DNA from: Candidatus Latescibacterota bacterium | GTDB taxonomy: Bacteria; Latescibacterota; UBA2968; GCA-2709665 | Direction: 5' to 3' | Assembly (NCBI GenBank): GCA_965226795.1 | Contig: CBDDDZ010000005.1 | Location: 672,001 to 736,000, forward strand | Length of the DNA: 64,000 bases | Part shown: positions 20,201-29,204 of the stretch, piece after piece | How positions within the stretch are numbered: the stretch's first letter is position 1 | Layout of the letters: every line of letters starts with the position of its first letter | Program-made: the position numbers and the translations under genes | The notes under the pieces: model-generated | Database searches by the model: none | Seen by the model: only the letters and a program-made list of their open reading frames with translations | Told to the model about the DNA's origin: nothing

Positions 20201-20839
20201 GGCGCGGTAGTCCTGAACCGGATAGGGAAACCCCTGGTCGCCCGGGAAGATGATTTTCTGGCGGAAGGGCAGGTCGTGGTGGGCACAGTACCCCGGATAG
20301 ACTTCGGCGAAGCGGTTCAGAATGAGGGCCGCCCGACGGGCGAAGGATCGGTCTCCGGTCGCGGAATAGAGCGCGGCAAGGTCGTGGGCGGCGCTGGCGA
20401 AATAGGCCCGCGCCCGGTACCAGCCCTTGGCCTGAAAGAAATGTCTGTACCCGGATTCGTCCTCCCAGTAGGGATATTCCTGGGTCTCACCCACGGGGTT
20501 GACGACGCTCAGGATCCGGGTGTCCGGGAATTTCTCGTTAGGATATTCAAGGCCGCAGAATTTGCAGAAGACACGGTCCGGGTCTTCGATTGCCCAGTCG
20601 ATCTGGCCCTCCTGGGCCCCGCCGTCGCAGTTGGGACAGTCCACAAAGTAGATGCCCGCGCGGTCAGGAATGAGGCGCAGAATTTCACTTTCCGATAGTG
20701 AAAGAACCGGTCGGAGATTTCGACGCAGCCGTTCCGCGTCGGAATCGTCCAGGGCCGGTGGAAAGACCGGGCCGGCGCTGGCGGCGTTAGCCCGGAGCGA
20801 CAGGAGGGTCAGCACGAGGATAGCAGATAGTATGAGCAT
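17294..20839 (-). CDS. Secreted heparinase II/III-like protein with a C-terminal kelch/Asp-box beta-propeller
   Basis: Signal peptide MLILSAILVLTLLSLRANA; DGTWREGAVSYH, GHQHADLLSL, SDIGY, TLSHNTVAVDG (Hepar_II_III-like); C-terminal W.S.DG..W repeats. Confidence 0.75.
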   Translation of the reverse strand: MLILSAILVLTLLSLRANAASAGPVFPPALDDSDAERLRRNLRPVLSLSESEILRLIPDRAGIYFVDCPNCDGGAQEGQIDWAIEDPDRVFCKFCGLEYPNEKFPDTRILSVVNPVGETQEYPYWEDESGYRHFFQAKGWYRARAYFASAAHDLAALYSATGDRSFARRAALILNRFAEVYPGYCAHHDLPFRQKIIFPGDQGFPYPVQDYRASKWDWWAYMDIPENLIYAYDLIRDSGELDEKTVRRIEDEFFHASVAFIRGFPPALGNMDPTLLRGLVAAGRVLAEPDYIHDAVDRVEKLVAANFLVDGTWREGAVSYHNQTIGGLQQVMARLNGYSDPDGYVHPVDGERYDNLDLNARFPILKKAKGIPELLRYPNGRVVPTHDTWARERRDAPETSGPMLLPGMGHARLNMGSGDDQTQTYLHFSGGYGHQHADLLSLTLYARGQERLSDIGYTHTRHRCWTISTLSHNTVAVDGEDQAFGSENAPSDGNLLLFVPHSDTFQAIEASGDRAYPGITSTYRRLLLQIGLSSEQTYVVDLFRVAGGHRHEYILAGDADHDGAVEIDLPAEPHGNTLLPAGVTATLPTGESVRGDAGGHNLGYAFIRDVRRAEATRPWSATFTSMAKPAGSVRVHSLTRPDGDLFTARAPSVRNADEDDTRLDEITMPLLVHRRTGENLSTLFSTVLEPHGDIPAISSVDRPDLDGGTDTDTALRIVSGDVTDHVLSATDADRTLKTGDLSFRGRVGFVRERNGEVEQMILIGGTLLKKGNRKLGGRGTRTGAVLKTMRKAAGDDVDGLLIDTDLPTGVDLVGLTAIVTDGDGFTYGHKIKAIQHLEEGGTQLELEDDPGYEITAEGGRLLFFPGRSWTGPATVEIPTVTSLRINTSDVNATRTGDWINLVYNAPFTPRDTSEDVVFQDKLWISNAYYHSGILTRDLWNSSDGISWYLVSEATPYDGYSEMAAYKDRIWAVKGSVWNSRNGIEWTRVLEETPFRARGYGELVVHRDRMWQLGSGSDVWHTGDGLDWVPAVRDATYGERSAASVAVYDDRLWVMGGRIVQRNDPPEKGYPDYTTLNDVWCSEDGVNWTRVLEHAPWSPRMWFISKVYAGRLWIIGGYDNANSVNLGDVWYTEDGREWHEFKPDTRFSPRHESTCYVFRNSLWVVAGNTWPVVNDVWRLTLP

Positions 20840-20959
20840 GGCGGGGCGTCCTTTCGAATCGGAAGGTTCCACAAAGGCTGCGACGCACATAGCGATAACG
20901 ACCGGCGGACCGAGGGCTTTGCCGGCAATCTATTTCAGGGTCAGAACACTGGGCTCGTA

Positions 20960-22519
20960 TCAGCCCGTCGACGATGCGTTGCGACGCAGTACACGGCCCG
21001 GGAGCGCGCCGGTTGGGGCGCCGTCCTCCACCACCGGCTTTCCGTTGACCAGTACACATTGGATACCCACGGGGCCCCCTCTGGGGTTCTCGAACGTGGC
21101 AGTCGCGTTTATGGTCTGTGGATCGAAGATCACGATGTCGGCGGCTTTACCGGCGGCGATTTCGCCCCGATCGGAAAGGCCGAATCGCCGGGCGGGAAAA
21201 CCGCTCATTTTATGGATGGCTGCAGCGAGAGAGATCCATTTCTTCTCGCGGGCGAATACGCCGGGTACTCGTGCGAAACAGCCGAAGCCCCGGGGGTGGG
21301 GATGGCGCACGTTGTAGATGCCGTCGCTCGCGAGCATCATTCGTGGGTGCGTGACGGTGTTTTTTATGGTGTTTTCGATAATTTCGGGCGTGTCCTGCCA
21401 CGGGAAGATGTAGGTGGACAGGCCTTCTTCCTCCAGGATCAGATCGTAGGCGAAATCCTCCGGATAGACGCCTGCCCTGGCGGCCAGGTCCGAGAGGGTG
21501 GCGCCAACGTAGCAACCGGAGCGGGTGTGGCCGACCACCTGATTGCAGGCGCCCAGCCAACCCCGGAGATGGGGAAGTATCCGCTGCTTCACCGCGGGGT
21601 CGGACAGGTGGTCCAGAACGTCTGACGGAGCGCCGACCTGGTCTTCGACAGGCAGCATGATGGTCATGTGCGACATACCGGCAGGATAGAGGTAGGACTC
21701 GAAGCTGAGGTCGATGTCCTCCCTTTCGGCAAGCTCGAGAAGCTCGGCGCCTTCCCGGTCGGCCCGTTCGTGGGAAATGTGAACGGGAATGCCGGATCGC
21801 CGAAAGATCTCGAATGTTTCCTTCCAGGCCTCCGGCCGGCCGAGAATGTGGTTGCGGATGTGCGCCGCGTAGATGCCCCCGTAGGACGCCGCCACTTTGC
21901 CCAGTTCGACGAGTTCGCGCAGGTCTGAATTGGCGCTGGGCTGATAGTCCAGGCCCAGGCAGAGGCAGCCGGCGCCCGCTTCCATCCATTGCCGCACGAG
22001 GTCGGCCATGGCGTCAATCTGCGAATCGGTGGCCGGACCCGCCGACCAGCCGCAGACGTTGAGGCGCACGGCGCAGTGGGGCACCTGCGGGTAGACGTTG
22101 CAGGGGCTGTTCCCGGGATAGAGCTTCAGGTAGTCCTCGATGGTCTCCCAGGTGAGTTCGATATCCGCCGAGCCGGCTGCGAACCTGGTGTACTCCCACA
22201 TCTGGCTGCGCAGATCGAGAGGCAGCGGGGCCCATCCGAATCCGTCCGGCGCAAGAAGCTGCGTGGTGATGCCCTGTACGACGCCCGCAAACCGGTCGCT
22301 TCCGGTCAGCAGAGCGGGTTCGCAATGCACGTGGACGTCGACGAACCCGGGGCAGACCACGTGGCCAAGGGCATCGATCTCCCGTTCCGCGCGGGTATCC
22401 GCCAGATCGCCCACGGCGGCGATTCGGTCGCCCTGGACGGCGATATCCGCGGAGAAGGGTTCCCGACTACCTGTCCCGTCGACCACGAGGCCGTTGCGAA
22501 TAAGGATGTCGAAAGACAT
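20960..22519 (-). CDS. N-acyl-D-amino-acid deacylase (D-aminoacylase) family amidohydrolase
   Basis: FDILIRNGLVVDGTG, PGFVDVHVH, HPHPRGFG, GKAADIVIFD; start at ATG 22519. Confidence 0.9.
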   Translation of the reverse strand: MSFDILIRNGLVVDGTGSREPFSADIAVQGDRIAAVGDLADTRAEREIDALGHVVCPGFVDVHVHCEPALLTGSDRFAGVVQGITTQLLAPDGFGWAPLPLDLRSQMWEYTRFAAGSADIELTWETIEDYLKLYPGNSPCNVYPQVPHCAVRLNVCGWSAGPATDSQIDAMADLVRQWMEAGAGCLCLGLDYQPSANSDLRELVELGKVAASYGGIYAAHIRNHILGRPEAWKETFEIFRRSGIPVHISHERADREGAELLELAEREDIDLSFESYLYPAGMSHMTIMLPVEDQVGAPSDVLDHLSDPAVKQRILPHLRGWLGACNQVVGHTRSGCYVGATLSDLAARAGVYPEDFAYDLILEEEGLSTYIFPWQDTPEIIENTIKNTVTHPRMMLASDGIYNVRHPHPRGFGCFARVPGVFAREKKWISLAAAIHKMSGFPARRFGLSDRGEIAAGKAADIVIFDPQTINATATFENPRGGPVGIQCVLVNGKPVVEDGAPTGALPGRVLRRNASSTG

Positions 22520-22634
22520 AGGATTCACCGTCCCGTTCTTGGGATGCCGGTAGTACCACTTTGCCGGGGTGATTGAGGTTGCGGACAAAAGATAAGCACG
22601 TTTTTCTTCCGACGCATCGGAATTGTGGCGGTGG

Positions 22635-24611
22635 TTACCAGTCGTTCAGTTTGTGCCCGTCTCCGTTGAACCAGATGACGTCAGCGACGACCCCCAGACC
22701 CACGCCCACGAGATATCCCATGAACATACCCAGGAAAAGGGGAGTCATTCGCCTGTAGCTGTTGAGGCCGCCGAACTTCAGTATAAGGGCTTTGATGAGC
22801 CACGCGATGAAAATGGAGGTGACGCTGCTTCTAAGCACGTTGGATGCGGAAATGGTGAAGCCGATGGGATGGATGGGGAATCCCGGGAAGCGGTATCGCA
22901 GGAAAACGAGGAGGCCGGTGAAGGCGGCGCCGATGCCGAAGAATCCGACGCGGTCCCAGCTTGTGCCGGCGGTTCCCTGCTGGATGCGGGCGGCGGTATA
23001 TCGCCAGATTCCCACGGCGCCGTCACCGGAGCCGTTGAAGCTGACCACGCCGAAGTTGTAGCTGCCCACACCGTAATAACCGTGGTAGAGAATGAAGGCG
23101 ATCACGGAAAGGGCGCCGCCCAGGGCTCCCAGGAGAACGCCGGGCGCCAGCAGGCGACGTCGTTCGGGCCGCATGGCCATTCCCAGCCGGGGGATGTGTG
23201 CGAGGGCGGTGATCCCCCAGGTCTTGGCGTCGCAGAAAAACGTGTACGTCAGGCCCAGGGCAACCGCGCTGTGCGCGCCCATCCCGGAAATGCCGAAGAG
23301 GTGCCACGTGAATGCCTGGGCCGTGATCGGGCCGCGCAGATACACGAGGCCGCTCTCGACGATGATGCGCGCCAGACCCAGGTAGAGAACGAGGGTGGCG
23401 AACCAGAAGGCGAGCAGAGGGCCGGCGGCCATTCCGGCGCGGAAGAGCCACACCAGAAGGTACGCGCAACCGGCCAGGAGCAGGTACACGGCCGTACGGT
23501 ATGAGATGAGTTCGTTTGAGTCGTCGATGAGGGGGTCCGCGCCCCCGCGTTTGACACGCGCCGTACCCGCAAAGGCTTTCCTGAATACGGCGGCCAGATG
23601 GCTTCGGGCAACCCAGAGGCCCCAGCCCGTAAAAACAGTGAGACCGCCGAAACTCTGCCAGCCGATGGTGGGATCGAAGGAGCACCACATATCCGAACTG
23701 CCGATGCTGAATCCCGTGCGATTGAAGACGCCGACCTGCAGAATGGCCAGCAGGTGGAAGAGCCAGATGCTGAGCAGGACGTTGGATTCGGTGAAGTACG
23801 CGAACGCGATCGTCATCGGATGAACGGAAAAGGCAAAGTAGGGGAAGCCCTGGCCGATGCGGATAACTTTGCGGCTCAGGACGGTCATGGGCACATCCAG
23901 GACGGGTATGGCTCTTACGAACCAGGTCGCGATGTTCCAGCAGAAGATGGCGACGATCAGCCAGAAACCGAATCGGAACAGGCGCGACCGGATCAGGGTC
24001 GCCAGGCTGCTTTCCGTGCCGGCAACCCCCGTAAGTTCCAGGACGGCGGTGGCGATCGGGAACGTCAGGCGTTCGTTGTCCATCCACTGTTTCCGCAGGA
24101 TGACGACCAGGCAGAAGCTGACGGTAAGCACGGATCCCAGAAATCCGGCCCACCAGAAAAACGGCGCCGCCCAGGCGGCCCAGGGAAATTTCTGGCCCTT
24201 GAAAAGACTCTCATAGAAGCCGGTGGTGGCCGCCGGATCCGAGACAATAGCCCAGGATGGGACCCTGGCGAGCAGGTGGTCTGCCCATTGATTCTCGGGG
24301 GTTACGAAGTAGGTGGGTGCTGTAATCACACCAAGGAGATATCCCGAGAGCCATTCGCCCTGCATGGTTGCGGAAACCATTCCGATACAGCAGATGGCGA
24401 GCAATTCCGAGGCTGAAAGGCCACGACCGCGCCGATACAGCGGGAGATTGAGTCCCAGCAGGCAAATGAAGGGAATGAGCAGGGCCACCGACAGGTGCGC
24501 GTAGTCGGCCCGCGAAGAATGGGCGATCAGGCTGGTGTAGGTGGGCCAGAGGTTGACCCACACGGCCATGACCAGGCCAACGAGGAGTGCGCGCAGCGTC
24601 ATGATTTCCAC
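22635..24611 (-). CDS. Polytopic membrane protein, DUF6785/DUF6784 (OPT-like peptide transporter) family
   Basis: 658 aa, many TM helices; LRKQWMDNERLTFPIA, ARIIVESG, FPIHPIGF, YRRMTPLFLG. Confidence 0.7.
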   Translation of the reverse strand: MEIMTLRALLVGLVMAVWVNLWPTYTSLIAHSSRADYAHLSVALLIPFICLLGLNLPLYRRGRGLSASELLAICCIGMVSATMQGEWLSGYLLGVITAPTYFVTPENQWADHLLARVPSWAIVSDPAATTGFYESLFKGQKFPWAAWAAPFFWWAGFLGSVLTVSFCLVVILRKQWMDNERLTFPIATAVLELTGVAGTESSLATLIRSRLFRFGFWLIVAIFCWNIATWFVRAIPVLDVPMTVLSRKVIRIGQGFPYFAFSVHPMTIAFAYFTESNVLLSIWLFHLLAILQVGVFNRTGFSIGSSDMWCSFDPTIGWQSFGGLTVFTGWGLWVARSHLAAVFRKAFAGTARVKRGGADPLIDDSNELISYRTAVYLLLAGCAYLLVWLFRAGMAAGPLLAFWFATLVLYLGLARIIVESGLVYLRGPITAQAFTWHLFGISGMGAHSAVALGLTYTFFCDAKTWGITALAHIPRLGMAMRPERRRLLAPGVLLGALGGALSVIAFILYHGYYGVGSYNFGVVSFNGSGDGAVGIWRYTAARIQQGTAGTSWDRVGFFGIGAAFTGLLVFLRYRFPGFPIHPIGFTISASNVLRSSVTSIFIAWLIKALILKFGGLNSYRRMTPLFLGMFMGYLVGVGLGVVADVIWFNGDGHKLNDW

Positions 24612-24695
24612 CGTCGGATTTCAGGAACGGTACACGTCCGGCCCTGGAGACGCGGTCTACGCGTATCTAAAAGGTGTATATGCGCGGGAACGGTT

Positions 24696-25748
24696 CTACA
24701 GGCTTCCCGATACGGCGATTTTTACCGCATCCTTGCCGTCCAGACGGTAGCCGCCCGCAAGGGCGTTGAATCCTTCGGGCACTCGGTCCAGCGGGATCGT
24801 GTGACTGACCATATCGGCAAACGGAAATTCGTTTTTCTCCAGGATGGGCAGGCCGCGCACGAAGTGTTCGGGTGAACTCGCCCAGACGGCTTCGAAGCGC
24901 AGGTTCTTTCGCATGAACATGCGATTCGGGTTGCATTCGAATGACCCGACGTCGACGAAATGCCCCATTTCGACGTAGGTGCCGTCCTGTCGAAGATAGT
25001 CCAGACCCTCCGGTATGGCGGGCAAAAAACCCGCGCACTCAAAGACGACGTCGGCTCCAGTGCCCCTGGGGGTGCCTTCTCTAACCATTCGCTTGCGTTC
25101 TTCGGGATCCGGGACTTCGGCGATGTCGACGGTGACGTCCGCTCCCATTTCGCGCGCGAGATCGAGGCGACCGGGTGGGCCCCCGACCATGATGAGGCGC
25201 CCGGCGCCGCTGACTTTCGCGCAGATGAGTGTGACGAGGCCGATGGCGCCGGAGCCCTGAACGACGACGGTGTCTCCGAATTGAATCCTGGCACGCATGA
25301 CGCCGTGTACGCCGATCGTGAAGGGCTCGAGCATTACGGCGACCTCTGCCGGCAGATCGGTTCTGAAGAAAACGGTTTCCGGGTTCCAGAGATAGATGTA
25401 TTCGGCAAAGCCGCCGCGAAGATAGGGCTGTTCTCCTGCAGGTATGAAACCGTAGGCGCCCTGAGACGTACCGGGCACAAGGGCGATCCGGTCACCGGCT
25501 CTGACCGGGCGCCCCAGGTGGTCATGGGTCACGCCCTCGCCCAGTCTGTCGATAATCCCAACGTTCTCGTGCCCCAGAATGATTTCGTCTTCCATTCTCT
25601 GGTACTCCCAATTGTGCAGGTCGGTGCCGCAGATGCCGGCCAGTTCCTGTTTCAACAGGACCGTTCCAGGGGCCGGTTCCGGGACCGGGTACTCGCGGAT
25701 TTCAAATCGTTCGCCGACCATGACCGAGGCGCGGCCGGTTCGGGACAT
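24696..25748 (-). CDS. Zinc-binding (MDR) alcohol dehydrogenase
   Basis: GICGTD, LGHE, VQGSGAIG, DVVFECAG; start at ATG 25748 after GGAGG. Confidence 0.9.
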   Translation of the reverse strand: MSRTGRASVMVGERFEIREYPVPEPAPGTVLLKQELAGICGTDLHNWEYQRMEDEIILGHENVGIIDRLGEGVTHDHLGRPVRAGDRIALVPGTSQGAYGFIPAGEQPYLRGGFAEYIYLWNPETVFFRTDLPAEVAVMLEPFTIGVHGVMRARIQFGDTVVVQGSGAIGLVTLICAKVSGAGRLIMVGGPPGRLDLAREMGADVTVDIAEVPDPEERKRMVREGTPRGTGADVVFECAGFLPAIPEGLDYLRQDGTYVEMGHFVDVGSFECNPNRMFMRKNLRFEAVWASSPEHFVRGLPILEKNEFPFADMVSHTIPLDRVPEGFNALAGGYRLDGKDAVKIAVSGSL

Positions 25749-25976
25749 AAGGCAGTTCCTCCCTCCGGAACTTACGGAAGTTGTTATAAAATCCCGGGTG
25801 CGTTCTCGAGCGCGAGCGAAAGGGTGTCGGTTATGAGGCGCGAGGGGCGCGCTGTGCCGACGCGCAAGTCTGCCCATATCTAAAGATCGGGGTGGACTTG
25901 ACCCAACGCAGACCGACGTTTTTGCAGCCGCTCGAAGACGGCCGGGGGTTTTGAGACAGCTTCTCAGGTGTATGCG

Positions 25977-26777
25977 TCAGGAATGGGCATAGAAACGAAG
26001 TTCCGGGACGTTTCCGATGCAGCCCATTTCCACGGCGTACCTGTAAAAAAGGTTCAATCCCTCCTGTTCGGCACCGCCAAAGTCGTAACGGATCTTGTTG
26101 CCGAGGTAGTCGGCATAGAACCCGGCCGAACAGGGATGTGAAGCCGCATAGGCCTCCGCAATAAGCGGGATCTCCCGGACGCCCAGGGCCTTGGCCCGGA
26201 TCAATTGTCGGGTCTGATCGGGATTCAGCGCGTCCGACCGCCCCGTCCAGCAGGCGTAGACAAACGGAAGGCCGGTAAGCACGGTCCAGGCTTCACCCAG
26301 GTCCACGACACGATAGGGTGCCGTATCCAGGGCGAGCGCCGCGTCCCCGATGATGACTGCGGCGTCGGCGTGATCGAGCATGCGCCCGGCGTCCGGGGGA
26401 TGGTGGAAGATCTCGGGTTTGCATCGGAATTGTTTTCGCAACACGAGACGGCTGAGGACGGTGGACGTTCGGGAGTTGACGTCCAGGGCGAGCGTCCGGA
26501 TATCGGCCGGATCTTTTCGGTGCAGAAGCAGTACGCTTCGGACCGGGCCCCGGGAAGAGATACTGACGTCGGGTACGACGCTGTATGGATCGGGGCCGCG
26601 GGCGATTTCGATGGATGGGATGAGGGCCACGTCGGTTTCGCGGCTGTGAAGGTGTTCCGCGCAGCGGGAGGGCACGTCGTAGGTGAAATCGAAGCAGTGT
26701 TCGATGCGACCGGTTTCCAGAGCGTGCACCAGCGGATGGGTGTTCAGGAAAGAGACGACACCGAGGCGGGTTGCCAT
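25977..26777 (-). CDS. mqnA: Chorismate dehydratase (futalosine pathway)
   Basis: GVVSFLNTHPL, GPVRSV, SRTS, IIGDAAL, DLGEAWTVLTGLPFVYACW. Confidence 0.9.
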   Translation of the reverse strand: MATRLGVVSFLNTHPLVHALETGRIEHCFDFTYDVPSRCAEHLHSRETDVALIPSIEIARGPDPYSVVPDVSISSRGPVRSVLLLHRKDPADIRTLALDVNSRTSTVLSRLVLRKQFRCKPEIFHHPPDAGRMLDHADAAVIIGDAALALDTAPYRVVDLGEAWTVLTGLPFVYACWTGRSDALNPDQTRQLIRAKALGVREIPLIAEAYAASHPCSAGFYADYLGNKIRYDFGGAEQEGLNLFYRYAVEMGCIGNVPELRFYAHS

Positions 26778-26788
26778 TCGCGCGGCTT

Positions 26789-27889
26789 TCAGTTCACGAT
26801 TTCGTACCGGGTGTTGCGTCTCGCCGGCCTGTAGCCGGCGCCCCGGATGAGGCGCAACATGGCCGGAAGGCTCATGTCGTCGGTGTGGCTGGTACCGGCG
26901 GCGGAGACGACGTTCTCCTCCATCATGGTGCTTCCGAAGTCGTTGACGCCGTATTTAAGGCCGACCTGGGCAATTTTGGGACCCTGGGTCACCCAAGAGG
27001 CCTGAAAACTTGGGATATTGTCCAGGAAAAGGCGGGAGACGGAAATGGTGCGCAGGTAGTCGTAGCCGGTGGCTTTCTTCCCGTTCCAGCGGGTATTGTC
27101 TGCAGCCAGATCGGTGTCGTCCGGCTGAAAACTCCACGCAATGAAAGCGGTCAGGCCGCCGGTGTCGTCCTGGAGATCCCGGATGTATTTCAGGTGTTCA
27201 AGGCGCTGGTCGACGGATTCGACGTGGCCGTACATCATGGTGGCGGTGGTGTGCATGCCCAGTTCGTGCGCGGCGCGATGCACCTCCAGCCATTCGTGTA
27301 CCCGGTCTTTGCGGAAGCCGATGATGTCGCGAACCTCGTCCGACAGAATCTCGGCCCCGGCGCCCGGAATGGAATCCAGGCCGGCGTCCTGCAGGCGGCG
27401 AATACAGTCCGAAATGGACAGACGCGAGATGTGCGCGATATAGATGATCTCGGTGGCCGAGAGGCAGTGCTGGTGCACGGACGGATAGCGCTCGCGGATA
27501 CTGGAGAAGAGATCTTCATAGTAGTCGATGCGCAGCCTGGGATTCAGGCCGCCCTGCATCAGGATTTCGTTCGATTTTGGGGTTTTTCCGCCCGCGGCGA
27601 CCAATTCGTCGATTTTCCGGAAGATCTGGTCCCGGGGCAGGACGTATCCTTCCGAGGACCCGGGAGGGCGGTAGAACGCACAAAAATCGCAGCGCACCCA
27701 GCAGACGTTGGTGTAATTGATGTTGCGGCCGATATTGTAGGTCACCACGTCTTTCGGCCATTTTCGCATGCGCACGGTGTCCGCAAGCAGGCCCAGTTCC
27801 GTGACGTTGGGATGAGCCATCAGCCGCCGGGCATCGTCTACCGAGATACGCTGTTCAGCGTCGATCTTTTCGGCGATATCATCTATCAT
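26789..27889 (-). CDS. mqnC: Cyclic dehypoxanthine futalosine synthase (radical SAM)
   Basis: RNINYTNVCWVRCDFCAF, ILMQGG, IPGAGAEIL, QASWVTQG, NDFGSTMMEENVV; start at ATG 27889. Confidence 0.9.
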   Translation of the reverse strand: MIDDIAEKIDAEQRISVDDARRLMAHPNVTELGLLADTVRMRKWPKDVVTYNIGRNINYTNVCWVRCDFCAFYRPPGSSEGYVLPRDQIFRKIDELVAAGGKTPKSNEILMQGGLNPRLRIDYYEDLFSSIRERYPSVHQHCLSATEIIYIAHISRLSISDCIRRLQDAGLDSIPGAGAEILSDEVRDIIGFRKDRVHEWLEVHRAAHELGMHTTATMMYGHVESVDQRLEHLKYIRDLQDDTGGLTAFIAWSFQPDDTDLAADNTRWNGKKATGYDYLRTISVSRLFLDNIPSFQASWVTQGPKIAQVGLKYGVNDFGSTMMEENVVSAAGTSHTDDMSLPAMLRLIRGAGYRPARRNTRYEIVN

Positions 27890-27986
27890 CGATCCGTTCT
27901 CCAATCCGTATGTCTCTTCACCGCTTATTCGAATTGGCGATTCTACGAAATGGGCGCAGGGAAGATCCAACGGCTCTGAGCCTGCT

Positions 27987-29138
27987 TCACGGAAGCACGG
28001 GCAACTCGCCGGGAATGGTAACGGTGTCCTCGTCTTCCGGGACTTCCTGTTCCGTGCGGAGTTTGTTGTAGAGATTATCGCGTTCCGCGGGTTCCCGTCC
28101 GGTTTCAATAATGCGTTCCACCAGCTGTTTGCGGGTGAGCACCTGGCGGGTTTCCTCGTACGTGCGCCTCGTGATTTCGTACTCCTGGATGGTGCCGTCG
28201 ATGTCGTCCGCGCCGTACCAGAGTGCGACCTGCGAGATTTCGATGGTGTTCATAATCCAGAACGATTTGATATGCTGGAAATTGTCCAGCATGAGTCGAG
28301 CGACGGCGATTTCGCGCAGGTCGGCTTCGCCGGTGGGAGCGGGCAGGTGTTCCAGTTCGGTGCGTTCGGGGTGGAAGGAAAGCGGGATGTAGGCCAGGAA
28401 ACCGCGGGTCTCGTCCTGGAGTTCCCGGAGACTGACCAGATGCTGAACCCGTTCATCCGGATTTTCGATGTGGCCGTAGAGCATCGTGGCGTTGGTGGGC
28501 AGGCCCTCTTCGTGTGCGGTACGGGCGACCCGCATCCATTCGTCGGAGTCGGCCTTGGTCCAGAACATCTCCGCATGGACCCGATCGCTGAAGACTTCGG
28601 CGCCGCCGCCCGGGATCGACGACACGCCCGCTGTTTTGAGTTCCTGCATGACTTCCCGGAGCGGTTTTTTGGCGGCCCTGGCGATCTGAACCCATTCGAT
28701 CGCCGTAAAGGCCTTTATGGCGACCTCCGGTCGGATTTCTTTCACGGCGTGTACGATGTCGATATAGTAGGAATAGGGCAGTTTGGGGTTGATTCCCGCC
28801 ACCATGTGGATTTCGGAGATGGGAACGTGCAGATATTGTCTCACGCGGTCCCGGATGTCTTCCGGCGAGAGGACATATCCCCTGCGGTCTTTCGGCGGCA
28901 CGTAGAAGGAACAGAATCTGCAGAGCTTGTTGCAGATGTTGGTATAGTTAATGTGCTGGTTCCGCACGTACCAGGCCACGTTGCCGCATAGACGCTCGCG
29001 TACGATATTGGCCATGTGCCCCACCGCGTTGAGATTCGACGTACTGTAAAGCCGTATACCGTCGGCGGCGGAGAGGCGTTCGCTGGCGATGACTTTCTCG
29101 AAGATGTCGTTGAGTTCGCTCGGAATTTTCGGTTTCAC
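27987..29138 (-). CDS. mqnE: Aminofutalosine synthase (radical SAM)
   Basis: HINYTNICNKLCRFCSF, EIHMVAG, IKAFTAIE, PGGGAEVF, HIKSFWIM, GADDIDGT. Confidence 0.88.
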   Translation of the reverse strand: MKPKIPSELNDIFEKVIASERLSAADGIRLYSTSNLNAVGHMANIVRERLCGNVAWYVRNQHINYTNICNKLCRFCSFYVPPKDRRGYVLSPEDIRDRVRQYLHVPISEIHMVAGINPKLPYSYYIDIVHAVKEIRPEVAIKAFTAIEWVQIARAAKKPLREVMQELKTAGVSSIPGGGAEVFSDRVHAEMFWTKADSDEWMRVARTAHEEGLPTNATMLYGHIENPDERVQHLVSLRELQDETRGFLAYIPLSFHPERTELEHLPAPTGEADLREIAVARLMLDNFQHIKSFWIMNTIEISQVALWYGADDIDGTIQEYEITRRTYEETRQVLTRKQLVERIIETGREPAERDNLYNKLRTEQEVPEDEDTVTIPGELPVLP

Positions 29139-29204
29139 CGGGGAATCCTTCTCGTTGGGGCGGACGGAAACAACCCGCCTGGGGCGGGTCCTGCCGACGC
29201 AACT

